Assembly (NCBI GenBank): GCA_002409145.1
Contig: DHUL01000090.1
Span: 67,604 to 131,603, forward strand
Origin: Bacteroidales bacterium UBA5235
Lineage (GTDB): Bacteria; Bacteroidota; Bacteroidia; Bacteroidales; VadinHA17
DNA: 64,000 bases
Direction of reading: 5' to 3'
Below are positions 9,846 through 18,431 of the stretch, piece by piece (position 1 is the first letter of the stretch; every line of letters starts with the position of its first letter). Below the pieces are notes generated by a model that was not told the origin of the DNA, searched no databases, and saw nothing but the letters and a program-made list of their open reading frames with translations. The translations under genes were made by a program, and so were the position numbers.

Positions 9846-9885
9846 TAAAAAACTTGGCAGCGCCGGATCTCAGACCCGGCGCTGC
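9846..9885 (-). terminator. Rho-independent terminator downstream of the GH16-like gene
   Basis: A perfect 10-bp stem GCAGCGCCGG / CCGGCGCTGC (9857-9866 and 9876-9885) has a 9-nt loop. On the minus strand it is followed by CAAGTTTTTTA. Confidence 0.7.
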
Positions 9886-9919
9886 ATCATTTCAAGGCAG
9901 ATATGTACCTTTAATCCTG

Positions 9920-11506
9920 TTATTTGGATTGGTATACCCTGACCCAATCAACCTCCATGGAGGAGATACCGCCGATTGGCTTGTCAACACCTCCGGCCAG
10001 GTTTATAAACATGGGTTCCTGGGGCACACCGGTAGTCTGGCGCATCACCTCAACACCGTTGATCTTCCATACCATTGCGTTTGGAGTCCAGTCAAGGGTG
10101 TAGATGTAGAAATCTGAAAGATATCTTGATCCGATGCTTTTCCTGTAATGGCTGCCCGGCGAGGTGAAGAGGTCAAACCAGACCTTGCCGCCACCCGATC
10201 TGCAGATGTCAACATGCGGGGTGATACGGTCACCAACCAGCCAGAATGCGTTCCGGACATTCGGATCAGTGAGTCTGATCTTGGCGGTGAAGGTGCCGTA
10301 TTTCTGCCTGAACGAGGCGCCGGTGTTGACAATCCCGGATGTGAAATTGAATTCTTTTGTGTAAAAGCCCTTTGCCGGGTCCCATGCCTTGCCGTTTGTC
10401 TTCTGCGGTTTTGTGATGATCCGAAGGACGCTGTGGCGTACCTCGAAATTGTCAGATGGCGTATAACAGTGAAGATCGGTTGATATACTGTAGCTGTCAT
10501 GCAACAGTTTGTCTCCCGGATAATACCTGTTGATCCACTTGCTGCTGTCAGTCGCAGTACCGTCGAACTCATCACTGAAGGTTATTTCCCTGCTCTTAAG
10601 CAGATCAAACTTGTTCGAATCCTTAATGCTGAAGTACCATTTGATGTCAGAGGAATTCTTCAGTGCTTCGTACTCCTTCATCTCCCTGAACATCTCGCTC
10701 TTTTCGAACCGCCGTTTGTCAAGAAGATACTCCTTCCTTTCATGGAATTCCTTCGTCTTCAGATACTCCTGAAGCTCAAAATATCTCTTTAGCCTGGCTG
10801 AATCGTTGACCTGGACCCAGTTGTGATATTCCTTCGAGTCACGAAATTTGTAGTAGCTGACAACATCCGATGCCCCTTTCCTGGTTTTGAGCTCCTGCAA
10901 TTTCTGGTATTCGGGAGTGTCTTTGAATGTGACCGGCTTCATTTTCTTCTTCAGCAGGAAAGCCGAAGAGGTTACAAAGGCCTGCAATTCGGAGTACCTT
11001 TTCACCTTTTCAGGATTAAGGTTCTTCTTCACCTCCCTGTCACCCTTCAATTTTTTGAATTCCAGCCATTTGCCATACTCCTCGGTATCCTTGAAGGTAA
11101 CAGGCTTCATCTTCTCTTTCTGTTTGAATTCGGGAGACTGCACAAAGAGCTGAAGGTCTTCGATATCCTTAATCTTCGTTGAACCGTCGAGCGACTGGAA
11201 ATTTTTCAGTAGGGAGCTCCCTTCAGTTTTGAAAAATGAAACAATGTCTTTTGCCTTCTGCAAGCCCAGGAATTCTGCCTCCCGTGCATGCTCCTCAGAG
11301 CCTTTGTATGAAAGTGATTCTATCTCCTTTCTCTTTTGTTTGAACGCGGCTGAGTTTACGCTTTCATGAAGACGGGTGTATTTTGCCAGGGCTTCAGAGC
11401 CGGCAAAGGAGATCATCTTTTCATACTCGGTGATCAGAGCCTTCTCTTCCTGTTCGATCTTGGAAGTTGAGGGGATCATCCCCAGCATCAGCTTTAAGGT
11501 TGACAT
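9920..11506 (-). CDS. GH16-like (concanavalin-A-like jelly-roll) domain protein with a K/E-rich repeat N-terminal half; catalytic motif degenerate
   Basis: The C-terminal 230 aa or so has GH16-style landmarks (FSDEFDG, SGIVNT, FTAKIRL, NAFWLVG, EVDWVRVYQ). The N-terminal 300 aa or so contains repeats, e.g. KMKPVTFKDTEEY and KMKPVTFKDTPEY. No signal peptide is visible. Confidence 0.7.
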   Translation of the reverse strand: MSTLKLMLGMIPSTSKIEQEEKALITEYEKMISFAGSEALAKYTRLHESVNSAAFKQKRKEIESLSYKGSEEHAREAEFLGLQKAKDIVSFFKTEGSSLLKNFQSLDGSTKIKDIEDLQLFVQSPEFKQKEKMKPVTFKDTEEYGKWLEFKKLKGDREVKKNLNPEKVKRYSELQAFVTSSAFLLKKKMKPVTFKDTPEYQKLQELKTRKGASDVVSYYKFRDSKEYHNWVQVNDSARLKRYFELQEYLKTKEFHERKEYLLDKRRFEKSEMFREMKEYEALKNSSDIKWYFSIKDSNKFDLLKSREITFSDEFDGTATDSSKWINRYYPGDKLLHDSYSISTDLHCYTPSDNFEVRHSVLRIITKPQKTNGKAWDPAKGFYTKEFNFTSGIVNTGASFRQKYGTFTAKIRLTDPNVRNAFWLVGDRITPHVDICRSGGGKVWFDLFTSPGSHYRKSIGSRYLSDFYIYTLDWTPNAMVWKINGVEVMRQTTGVPQEPMFINLAGGVDKPIGGISSMEVDWVRVYQSK

Positions 11507-11655
11507 TGCAGGTTACTTTTTGGTATGGTACGGTTAAAGTTAAAAATCTTTCAAACAATATAAACGGTATCGGCCAATTATTTGTTAATTAGGCAATAAC
11601 AAACAAAATGGACCGGTTTTCAGCAATTAGTTTACTATCAACAGAATAAAAACGG

Positions 11656-12543
11656 ATGAAAAAGCTCATTATTGTTACAATCATTATAATGCTGGCTTCC
11701 TGTGCCACAGTGAGGCGAACAACAGCTCCTGTGGAGGACCGTACCGCTCCGTCAGCTACGAACCTTCCCCTCCCGGATTCAATGGATGATCAGGACCACC
11801 TGATACTGGCAACCCTCTGGTTCCAGAAATCTGCTGAGATGCGGGCGCTTTTCTACCAGTGCTTCCGCAATGCGGAGATCGCACTGAAGGAGAACCTTGA
11901 GTTGTCAGGCCTCAATTTTCCCAAGGCAGACACTCACGACCCGGATGAGATCATACAGGAAGACAATCAAAAACCTGCTGCGGTGGTCATTGACATTGAT
12001 GAGACCCTTCTAGACAACTCACCATACCAGGGATGGCAGGTTTTGCATAAGAAGGCATTCAACAATGACGACTGGTTCCGCTGGGTGGAACTGGCCCGCG
12101 CCAGGCCCCTGCCGGGTGCGGTGGAGTTTACCCGTTATGCAGATTCACTGGGTGTCGAGGTGTTTTATGTCTCCAACAGGATGGTGAAGGAGTTGGAGCC
12201 GACCATCAAGAACATGGCAGAGTGGGGATTTGCCGATGCTGACAGCACACACATGCTCCTTAAGGAAACAACCTCTTCAAAAGCGGAGAGACGGGCGCTG
12301 ATTGAAAAGGATTATGAAATCCTCCTTCTGGTCGGAGACAACCTTGCTGATCTCAGCAGCATTTATGAAAAGCGGGGCCCTGACTACGGCTTTGCGGATG
12401 TTGACGCAGACCACCGGCTCTTCGGTACGAAATACATTGTACTTCCCAATCCCATGTACGGTGAATGGCTCAATGACCTGCTCAGAGCTGCCCCGGGCAT
12501 CACAGAGCAGGAGAAGCTTATTAAACTTCTGGAGACCTTCTGA
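11656..12543 (+). CDS. 5'-nucleotidase / class C acid phosphatase, lipoprotein e(P4) family (HAD superfamily)
   Basis: A lipoprotein-type signal ends in LASC. It has the HAD motif DIDETLLDNSPYQGW and a C-terminal GDNLADL motif. Confidence 0.8.
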   Translation: MKKLIIVTIIIMLASCATVRRTTAPVEDRTAPSATNLPLPDSMDDQDHLILATLWFQKSAEMRALFYQCFRNAEIALKENLELSGLNFPKADTHDPDEIIQEDNQKPAAVVIDIDETLLDNSPYQGWQVLHKKAFNNDDWFRWVELARARPLPGAVEFTRYADSLGVEVFYVSNRMVKELEPTIKNMAEWGFADADSTHMLLKETTSSKAERRALIEKDYEILLLVGDNLADLSSIYEKRGPDYGFADVDADHRLFGTKYIVLPNPMYGEWLNDLLRAAPGITEQEKLIKLLETF

Positions 12544-12553
12544 ATTAAAACGC

Positions 12554-12569
12554 GCCCGGCCCCCCGGGC
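12554..12569 (+). terminator. Weak GC hairpin after the e(P4) gene
   Basis: A GCCCGG-CCCC-CCGGGC hairpin lies 10 nt after the stop. No T-run follows, so terminator function is uncertain. Confidence 0.3.
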
Positions 12570-12661
12570 ACTGTAATAGGCAGATCATAAAGGACTTACA
12601 GTCTGGAGGTTTCAGCAGTATTGAATCTGACGAAGTCAAATAATCACACTGACTATAAAAC

Positions 12662-12695
12662 TAGACGAAAAAACACATAAAAATTTGTGCGTCTA
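12662..12695. promoter_or_regulatory. Interrupted inverted repeat, candidate BlaI-family operator
   Basis: TAGACG(12662-12667)...CACA(12674-12677) mirrors TGTG(12686-12689)-CGTCTA(12690-12695). The repeat overlaps a TTTG -33-like element at 12684-12687. Confidence 0.4.
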
Positions 12696-12707
12696 TAAAT
12701 ATAGTCA

Positions 12708-12715
12708 TATATTTG
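12708..12715 (+). promoter_or_regulatory. Bacteroidota-type -7 promoter box upstream of blaI
   Basis: TATATTTG is an exact match to TAnnTTTG. A TTTG lies 20 nt upstream and the box is 69 nt upstream of the ATG at 12784. Confidence 0.45.
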
Positions 12716-12783
12716 TGGTGAAGGATTGATTGAAATGAAATGTCCGGCAACGGGCATGGGTCTTATATTTTAATAAACGGATT

Positions 12784-13158
12784 ATGCAACTGACAAAGGC
12801 TGAAGAACAGATAATGCAGATTTTATGGGATCTGGAAGAGGGAGTGGTAAAGGATATAAGGGACAGGTTTGACGATCCGAAGCCGGCACGAAACACAATC
12901 TCCACGGTGCTGAAAGTGCTCGAAAAGAAGGGTTATGTTGATCACCGGGCATATGCAAACGTGTTTCTCTATTATCCCCTGGTCTCGAAGCGTGAGTACT
13001 CAAAACACCAGCTGTTCGGACTACTCGAGGGGTATTTCAACAATTCATTCCCTGCAATGACTTCGTTCTTTGCAAGGGAGAAGAACCTCTCGGTGAAGGA
13101 CCTTGACAGAATACTCGAAGAGGCCCGGGAAGAGCTCGATGATGACCAACCGGAATAA
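12784..13158 (+). CDS. BlaI/MecI/CopY family transcriptional repressor
   Basis: 124 aa winged-helix protein (LTKAEEQIMQILW, TISTVLKVLEKKGYV). It sits immediately upstream of an M56 BlaR1-like gene. Confidence 0.85.
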   Translation: MQLTKAEEQIMQILWDLEEGVVKDIRDRFDDPKPARNTISTVLKVLEKKGYVDHRAYANVFLYYPLVSKREYSKHQLFGLLEGYFNNSFPAMTSFFAREKNLSVKDLDRILEEAREELDDDQPE

Positions 13159-13161
13159 AAT

Positions 13162-15231
13162 ATGGAACATGCTGCACTCTACCTGTTGAAATCAGCCGTC
13201 TGGCTGGCTGGATTTACGCTCCTGTACCTCCTCTTTCTCGGGAAGGAGAGGTTCTTCATCCTCAAGAGAATATACCTGCTGACAGGGGTGATTCTCTCGT
13301 TGTTTCTTCCGCTGATAACAATAAATTACAGGGTTGAGCTTCCTGCCCCGATAATGCAGGATACGCAGGGGGTGACATCGGTTCTGCCTTCACCGGCGGC
13401 CACAGCGGCGGGGATTACAGAAAATGCAGATCCGTTGAAATGGTTCATGTTATTCTATGCCGCAGGAATACTTTTCCTTCTGGGCCGGACACTTCTGCAT
13501 CTGGTCCCGGTTTACCGCACCATAAGAAGAGAAACGGTTAGCAGGGAGGGAGAAGCATTGCTTGTAATAACAGAAAAATATACCTCTGCTTTCTCATTTT
13601 TCAATTATGTCTTTATCAATCCTTCGCTGAGCGGGCGTGAGGTCAGGGAGATACTTAACCATGAGATGGTGCACCTCAGACAGAAACACTGGTTTGATCT
13701 CCTGATTATTGAGGTAATGAGCCTGGTACAATGGATGAATCCCTTTGCATGGATCTGTTCGGCACTGGTCAGGCAGAACCATGAGCATCTTGCCGACGAG
13801 GATGCGCTGCAGCGCACTTCTGACCCGGCAGGTTACAGGGCGGCTCTTCTCAACCAGGTCTTCAGCGCCAGGCTGATAAGCCTCTCCAATTCGTTCAACT
13901 TTTCATTTAACACAAACAGGTTTGAAATGATGAAAAAGAAAAACTATTCTCCATACAGGAAGCTTAAACTGCTTCTTGTTCTGCCGGTTGCGGCAGTTAT
14001 CCTCTTTGCATTCGCATCCCCCAGGTATGTATATGCAGATCCGGCCACACCGGCCGAAATTACAATCATCAAGCCGGAAGCAATTACCCAGGTTCTTGTC
14101 AGGGGAGTTGTTTACAGGGAGGACGGGACTCCATTTCCAGGTGTGAGTGTGAACGTGTCAGGAACCACAATCATGACAATCAGCGGTCCTGATGGCAGGT
14201 TTGAATTCAGAAGCATACCTGAAAATATTATCCTCCTTTTTACACATAAAGGCTATAAGTATTTGCCTCTTAAGCCTGAGTTTGACAAAGAGATGTCAGT
14301 CAGAATGGTTCCTGATCCGGATTATGTTGACCCGGCCACAATAAAGCCTGATCCCGTAAGGAAGCTGCCTGTCGTGGTGGTTGACGGCGTGATCACAGAA
14401 GAAAATGAGCGTGCAGTTATGCAAAGGATGAAAGATGACCTGGGAGCGTACAATGCGCTGAAACCTCAGGATGCAGTAAAAAAATACGGAGACAGGGCTG
14501 CTGCAGGGGCAGTTGAATTCTGGTCAGTAAAAAAAGCCAGGGAAATGGGAATGAAGGTGCCGCTGCGCAGAAAATCTGAAAATGACTTCCCGACTTTTGA
14601 TGGTAATTCATACCTGGCATTCAATGACTGGGTGGTCAGCCGGACCGCCTATCCCGGGGAGGCGGTGAGGGAGAACATTTCAGGATGGGCACGTGTAAGT
14701 TATACGATTGATGTTGATGGCAGTATTAAAGATATAAAACCCAATGCCTCAACCAATGTAATTCTTGGTAAAGCCGTTGCAGATGTTATCAGAACCTCGC
14801 CTAAATGGACCCCGCCGCAGAACCCGGAGATGAATGAGCCCTTCACCGCAGAGGTCGTGGCAAAATTTGCACTGCCTGACAAAGTAAAGGTGGCAGAGAC
14901 TTTTGTTGTGGTTGAAGAGATGCCGGAATTCCCTGGCGGTGACCAGGCCCTGTTCAAATATCTTTACGAAAACCTGAAATACCCTGATGAAGCAAAGGCC
15001 CAGGGTATCCAGGGAAAGGTTATACTCCGTTTTGTGGTCACGGCTGAAGGTAAAGTCGCAGATGTAACCATTGTCAGAAGCGTCCACCCCCTGCTTGATG
15101 AGGAGGCCGTAAGAGTGATTAGCGGCGCTCCCGACTGGATTCCCGGAAAACAGAGAGGCAGACCTGTTGATGTATATTATTCCGTACCGATTAGTTTTTC
15201 TGTAAAGGATAATACAGAGATTACAAAATAA
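13162..15231 (+). CDS. BlaR1-like M56 peptidase fused to a CarboxypepD_reg-like domain and two TonB C-terminal-like domains
   Basis: It has N-terminal TM segments and the zinc motif HEMVHLRQKHW. A beta-sandwich region reads VRGVVYREDGTPFPGVSVNVSGT..GPDGRFEF. Two TonB_C-like modules are present, the second reading MPEFPGGDQALFKYLYENLKYPDEAKAQGIQGKVILRFVV. Confidence 0.8.
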   Translation: MEHAALYLLKSAVWLAGFTLLYLLFLGKERFFILKRIYLLTGVILSLFLPLITINYRVELPAPIMQDTQGVTSVLPSPAATAAGITENADPLKWFMLFYAAGILFLLGRTLLHLVPVYRTIRRETVSREGEALLVITEKYTSAFSFFNYVFINPSLSGREVREILNHEMVHLRQKHWFDLLIIEVMSLVQWMNPFAWICSALVRQNHEHLADEDALQRTSDPAGYRAALLNQVFSARLISLSNSFNFSFNTNRFEMMKKKNYSPYRKLKLLLVLPVAAVILFAFASPRYVYADPATPAEITIIKPEAITQVLVRGVVYREDGTPFPGVSVNVSGTTIMTISGPDGRFEFRSIPENIILLFTHKGYKYLPLKPEFDKEMSVRMVPDPDYVDPATIKPDPVRKLPVVVVDGVITEENERAVMQRMKDDLGAYNALKPQDAVKKYGDRAAAGAVEFWSVKKAREMGMKVPLRRKSENDFPTFDGNSYLAFNDWVVSRTAYPGEAVRENISGWARVSYTIDVDGSIKDIKPNASTNVILGKAVADVIRTSPKWTPPQNPEMNEPFTAEVVAKFALPDKVKVAETFVVVEEMPEFPGGDQALFKYLYENLKYPDEAKAQGIQGKVILRFVVTAEGKVADVTIVRSVHPLLDEEAVRVISGAPDWIPGKQRGRPVDVYYSVPISFSVKDNTEITK

Positions 15232-15252
15232 TTTGACAAGTCTGCAATAAAT

Positions 15253-15288
15253 GGATCCGGGGGGGAAATCTCTCCCGGATTCTTTTTT
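15253..15288 (+). terminator. Rho-independent terminator after the BlaR1-like gene
   Basis: A GGATCCGGG / CCCGGATTC stem is followed by TTTTTT (15283-15288). Confidence 0.7.
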
Positions 15289-15434
15289 ATCAGTCAGGGA
15301 TGGACCGGATGCCATCAGCCTGCAATACTGTAACTTCACGGGATCCTTACGGCTTTCAGGGCTGACTTTGAGGGGTATGGAAACCAGGAAGATTTACAGC
15401 ACTTTATATATATCAAAAACCGGGCTTCCACAGG

Positions 15435-15446
15435 TTCAATATTGAA
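15435..15446. promoter_or_regulatory. Perfect 12-bp palindrome TTCAATATTGAA in the tetR upstream region
   Basis: The palindrome is read directly from the sequence. It shares the TTCAAT half-site with the two palindromes nearer the tetR start. Confidence 0.35.
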
Positions 15447-15472
15447 TCCACAAAATGATTTTCAAAAAAAAA

Positions 15473-15504
15473 TTTGCAAATCATAAAATTCTGTTTTATC
15501 TTTG
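15473..15504 (+). promoter_or_regulatory. Bacteroidota-type promoter (TTTG -33 and TATCTTTG -7) for the tetR-led cluster
   Basis: TTTG at 15473-15476 lies 20 nt upstream of TATCTTTG at 15497-15504, which is an exact TAnnTTTG match. Confidence 0.5.
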
Positions 15505-15508
15505 ACCG

Positions 15509-15528
15509 ACCGTTCAATCAAAAACGGT
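15509..15528. promoter_or_regulatory. Candidate TetR operator 1 (ACCGTT-N8-AACGGT)
   Basis: The 20-bp dyad ACCGTTCAATCAAAAACGGT starts 5 nt after the -7 box, at the expected transcription start. Confidence 0.45.
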
Positions 15529-15546
15529 TTTTTAAAGAGGGTTTTA

Positions 15547-15566
15547 TTGAATGAACGTTTAATCAA
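15547..15566. promoter_or_regulatory. Candidate TetR operator 2
   Basis: TTGAATGAACGTTTAATCAA is self-complementary at 16 of 20 positions around a central AACGTT. It ends 5 nt before the tetR ATG and shares CGTT(C/T)AATCAAAAA with operator 1. Confidence 0.45.
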
Positions 15567-15571
15567 AAAAC

Positions 15572-16204
15572 ATGTCACCAAGATCATCTGCACAGTTCGA
15601 GGAGATGAGGGAGGAGAAAAAGACCCTCATAATGAATACAGCGCTGGAACACTTCTCTGACTACGGGTTCCATGCCACCACAATCAGCCATATAGCCAAA
15701 CATGCCGGTATCTCCAAGGGGCTCATGTACAATTATTACAGAAGCAAGGAAGAACTCCTGGCTGCAATCATCAACAGGTCGCTTGAAGAAGTTTACCAGA
15801 GCTTCAACCCTGACCGTGACAATAACCTGACCCCTGACGAATTCGAGAATTTCATAAGAAGAATCTTTGCCATCTTCCGTGAAAAGAGGCAATTCTGGAA
15901 ACTGATATTCCGTGTGATGCTTCAAAGGGGGGTGTATGAACACCTGTCAGACGATCCGGACGCAACATTCACCGTGGGAGGTATCCCGCTTATGGAATAT
16001 TCAGCCTATATGGGGAAACTGTTTTCAGATTATTTCATGAGGAAAAAGGAGACAGAAAGGCCTGATTATGATCCGGTAACCGAAATGCTAATGTTCTCAA
16101 ACACACTGAAGGGTTTTGCATTAACTTATATTTTTGCCCCGGAACAGTATCCGGATGTATACTTTGAAAAGATTATTGAAACGTTAATCAGGAAATACCG
16201 ATGA
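15572..16204 (+). CDS. TetR/AcrR family transcriptional regulator
   Basis: 210 aa with the N-terminal helix-turn-helix GFHATTISHIAKHAGISKGLMYNYYRSKEELL. Confidence 0.9.
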   Translation: MSPRSSAQFEEMREEKKTLIMNTALEHFSDYGFHATTISHIAKHAGISKGLMYNYYRSKEELLAAIINRSLEEVYQSFNPDRDNNLTPDEFENFIRRIFAIFREKRQFWKLIFRVMLQRGVYEHLSDDPDATFTVGGIPLMEYSAYMGKLFSDYFMRKKETERPDYDPVTEMLMFSNTLKGFALTYIFAPEQYPDVYFEKIIETLIRKYR

Positions 16205-16977
16205 AAGGACTATTCAGACTGACTTCAGCTTCGGCATTTGTTCTCCTTATGCTTCCGGGGGTATCCCTTCCGGCTGCATCTCAGCAGCTTACGGCAAAGG
16301 AGATTGTAAAAAAGGCTGACGAAAAATTCAACGGAGAGAAATCCGGCTACAGCGTTATGAGCATGACTATTGTGCGTCCCACATGGCAGAGAACGGTGGA
16401 GTTCAAATCGTGGTCGCTCGGTGATGATTATGCCCTGACACTTATCACCGCTCCGGCAAGGGAGAAGGGGCAGACTTTCCTCAAACGGGGCACTGAAATG
16501 TGGAGCTGGAACCCGGCTATAAACAGGCTGATCAAACTCCCTCCGTCAATGATGTCGCAGGGCTGGATGGGATCAGACTATACCAACGATGATATTCTAA
16601 GGGAATCATCGGTTGTAAATGATTATGATCATTCCCTTGAAGGAGAAGAGGTTATTGATGGCAGGCTTTGCTACAGGATCAGGCTGACGGCCAGAGAGGA
16701 TGCAGGGGTTCTCTGGAGCCACCAGATGTGGTGGGTTGACAAAAGGGACTTCATCGTTCTGAAGGCTGAACTTTATGATGAGGACGGTTACCTGGTCAGG
16801 ACAGAACGCGGAATGGATCTTAAGACAATGGACGGCAGGCTGATCCCGACCACAATCGAACTGGTGCCGGCAGAGCAGGCGGGTCACAAAACCGTATTGA
16901 AAATCAACGAGATAAAGTTCAACATCACTGTTGAGGAGAGCTTCTTCTCACAGCAGAATATGAAAACCATAAGATAG
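16201..16977 (+). CDS. LolA-like outer membrane lipoprotein-sorting family protein (periplasmic)
   Basis: It has a signal peptide and the motif MWSWNPAINRLIKLPPSMMSQGWMGSDYTNDDIL, characteristic of the LolA_like family. Its start overlaps the tetR stop (ATGA). Confidence 0.75.
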   Translation: MKGLFRLTSASAFVLLMLPGVSLPAASQQLTAKEIVKKADEKFNGEKSGYSVMSMTIVRPTWQRTVEFKSWSLGDDYALTLITAPAREKGQTFLKRGTEMWSWNPAINRLIKLPPSMMSQGWMGSDYTNDDILRESSVVNDYDHSLEGEEVIDGRLCYRIRLTAREDAGVLWSHQMWWVDKRDFIVLKAELYDEDGYLVRTERGMDLKTMDGRLIPTTIELVPAEQAGHKTVLKINEIKFNITVEESFFSQQNMKTIR

Positions 16978-17004
16978 TGCCCGGTTAATTAAAGAATTAC
17001 TGTC

Positions 17005-18420
17005 ATGAAAGACCGTCAGCTTGCCTGGAGAAATCTGTGGCGAAACAGAAAGAGAACCCTCATCACTGCCGCATCAGTATTTTTTGCAATCTTTTTTGCG
17101 CTGGTAATGAGATCATTCCAGCTGGGCACCTATGACAAGATGTACAATGACGTCATCCGGTCATACTCCGGTTACCTTCAGCTTCAGCATCCCTCATACC
17201 TTGATGAACCCAACCTTGACAATGTGTTCACTGTGGACCCGGAACTGGTCAGCAGACTGGAGCAGGATCCTAACGTAGAGGCCGTTGTGCCCCGCATTGA
17301 ATCGTTTGCACTGGCTGCGGCCGGAAACCGCACACAGGGCGTGATGGTGATAGGGGTTGAACCCGAACGCGAGAGCAAGGCTCTGAACATAAGAAACAGG
17401 ATAGTGCGTTACAAGCTTACAACCGGTGCTATTGAGGCGCTTAAAGGTGAAGATCTGCCCGGCAGGCTGGAAAAAAATATTGAGTTGTTTACAGGTGAAG
17501 CGTTCACCGAGCCGAAAGACCTCATTTCAGTTCTCGGAATAAGTAAAAAGGACAGTGCTGTATTGCTCCCGCTGCTGCGAAATCATACATCTTTTCCCGG
17601 CAGTTATCTGTCTGCCGGGGAGTCTGGCTCTGTCATTATCGGCAACGGTCTTTCAGACTACCTGGAAGCGGTTCCGGGAGACACCATCGTCCTTATCGGG
17701 CAGGGTTACCATGGTACTTCAGCAGCAGGACTCTATGTGGTAAAAGGGGTGGTAAGCATGCCCAATCCGGAAATTGACAACAGGTTCGTATGCCTGACCC
17801 TCGATGATGCACGCTGGCTGTACGGGGCACCGGATATGGCCACCTCAGCCATCATAGGAATAAAGGATGGTGGTGATAAGGAACTTGCAGCCACACAGCA
17901 AAGACTGGGTGCCATTGCCGGGGAAGACCTCGCCGTCCGTAACTGGAAAGAGATGAACGCCCTGCTCCTCAACCAGATGGAGGCTGACAACCGCAGCGGT
18001 GCTATTATGATCGGGATACTCTACCTCGTCATTGCGTTTGGTGTTTTTGGAACTGTGCTTATGATGATGGCCGAACGGAGAAGGGAATTCGGAATGCTTG
18101 TCTCCATCGGGATGCGCAAAGGCAGGCTCGCAGCCATTGTGGGTCTGGAAATGCTGCTGATGGGGATCATCGGGATGATTGCCGGCGTCATCGCCTCTTT
18201 GCCCATAGTATTTCTCGGTCATGCAAGGCCGCTGAGGTTCACCGGTGAAATGGCACGCATGTATGAAGATTATGGCTTTGATCCGGTCATGCCAATGCTT
18301 CTGCCTGACACCTTCTACCTGTGGCAGATGGCAGTAGTTCTCCTCATCCTTGCTGTGGCCATAGCCTTCAGCATCAGGAAAATCTTTAAAATGAATGTAA
18401 TCAACGCTCTCAGAGCCTAA
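17005..18420 (+). CDS. ABC transporter permease, FtsX/MacB/LolC type
   Basis: 471 aa. TM1 is followed by a periplasmic domain of about 290 aa and then three C-terminal TM segments (FtsX domain). Confidence 0.85.
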   Translation: MKDRQLAWRNLWRNRKRTLITAASVFFAIFFALVMRSFQLGTYDKMYNDVIRSYSGYLQLQHPSYLDEPNLDNVFTVDPELVSRLEQDPNVEAVVPRIESFALAAAGNRTQGVMVIGVEPERESKALNIRNRIVRYKLTTGAIEALKGEDLPGRLEKNIELFTGEAFTEPKDLISVLGISKKDSAVLLPLLRNHTSFPGSYLSAGESGSVIIGNGLSDYLEAVPGDTIVLIGQGYHGTSAAGLYVVKGVVSMPNPEIDNRFVCLTLDDARWLYGAPDMATSAIIGIKDGGDKELAATQQRLGAIAGEDLAVRNWKEMNALLLNQMEADNRSGAIMIGILYLVIAFGVFGTVLMMMAERRREFGMLVSIGMRKGRLAAIVGLEMLLMGIIGMIAGVIASLPIVFLGHARPLRFTGEMARMYEDYGFDPVMPMLLPDTFYLWQMAVVLLILAVAIAFSIRKIFKMNVINALRA

Positions 18421-18431
18421 ATGCAAAAAGT

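Noticed and set aside
15251-15445. A 64-aa ORF in the 340-bp gap between the BlaR1-like gene and tetR.
   Set aside because: It starts inside the BlaR1 terminator hairpin and has no ribosome-binding context or motifs. The region is better explained as terminator plus promoter/operator DNA.
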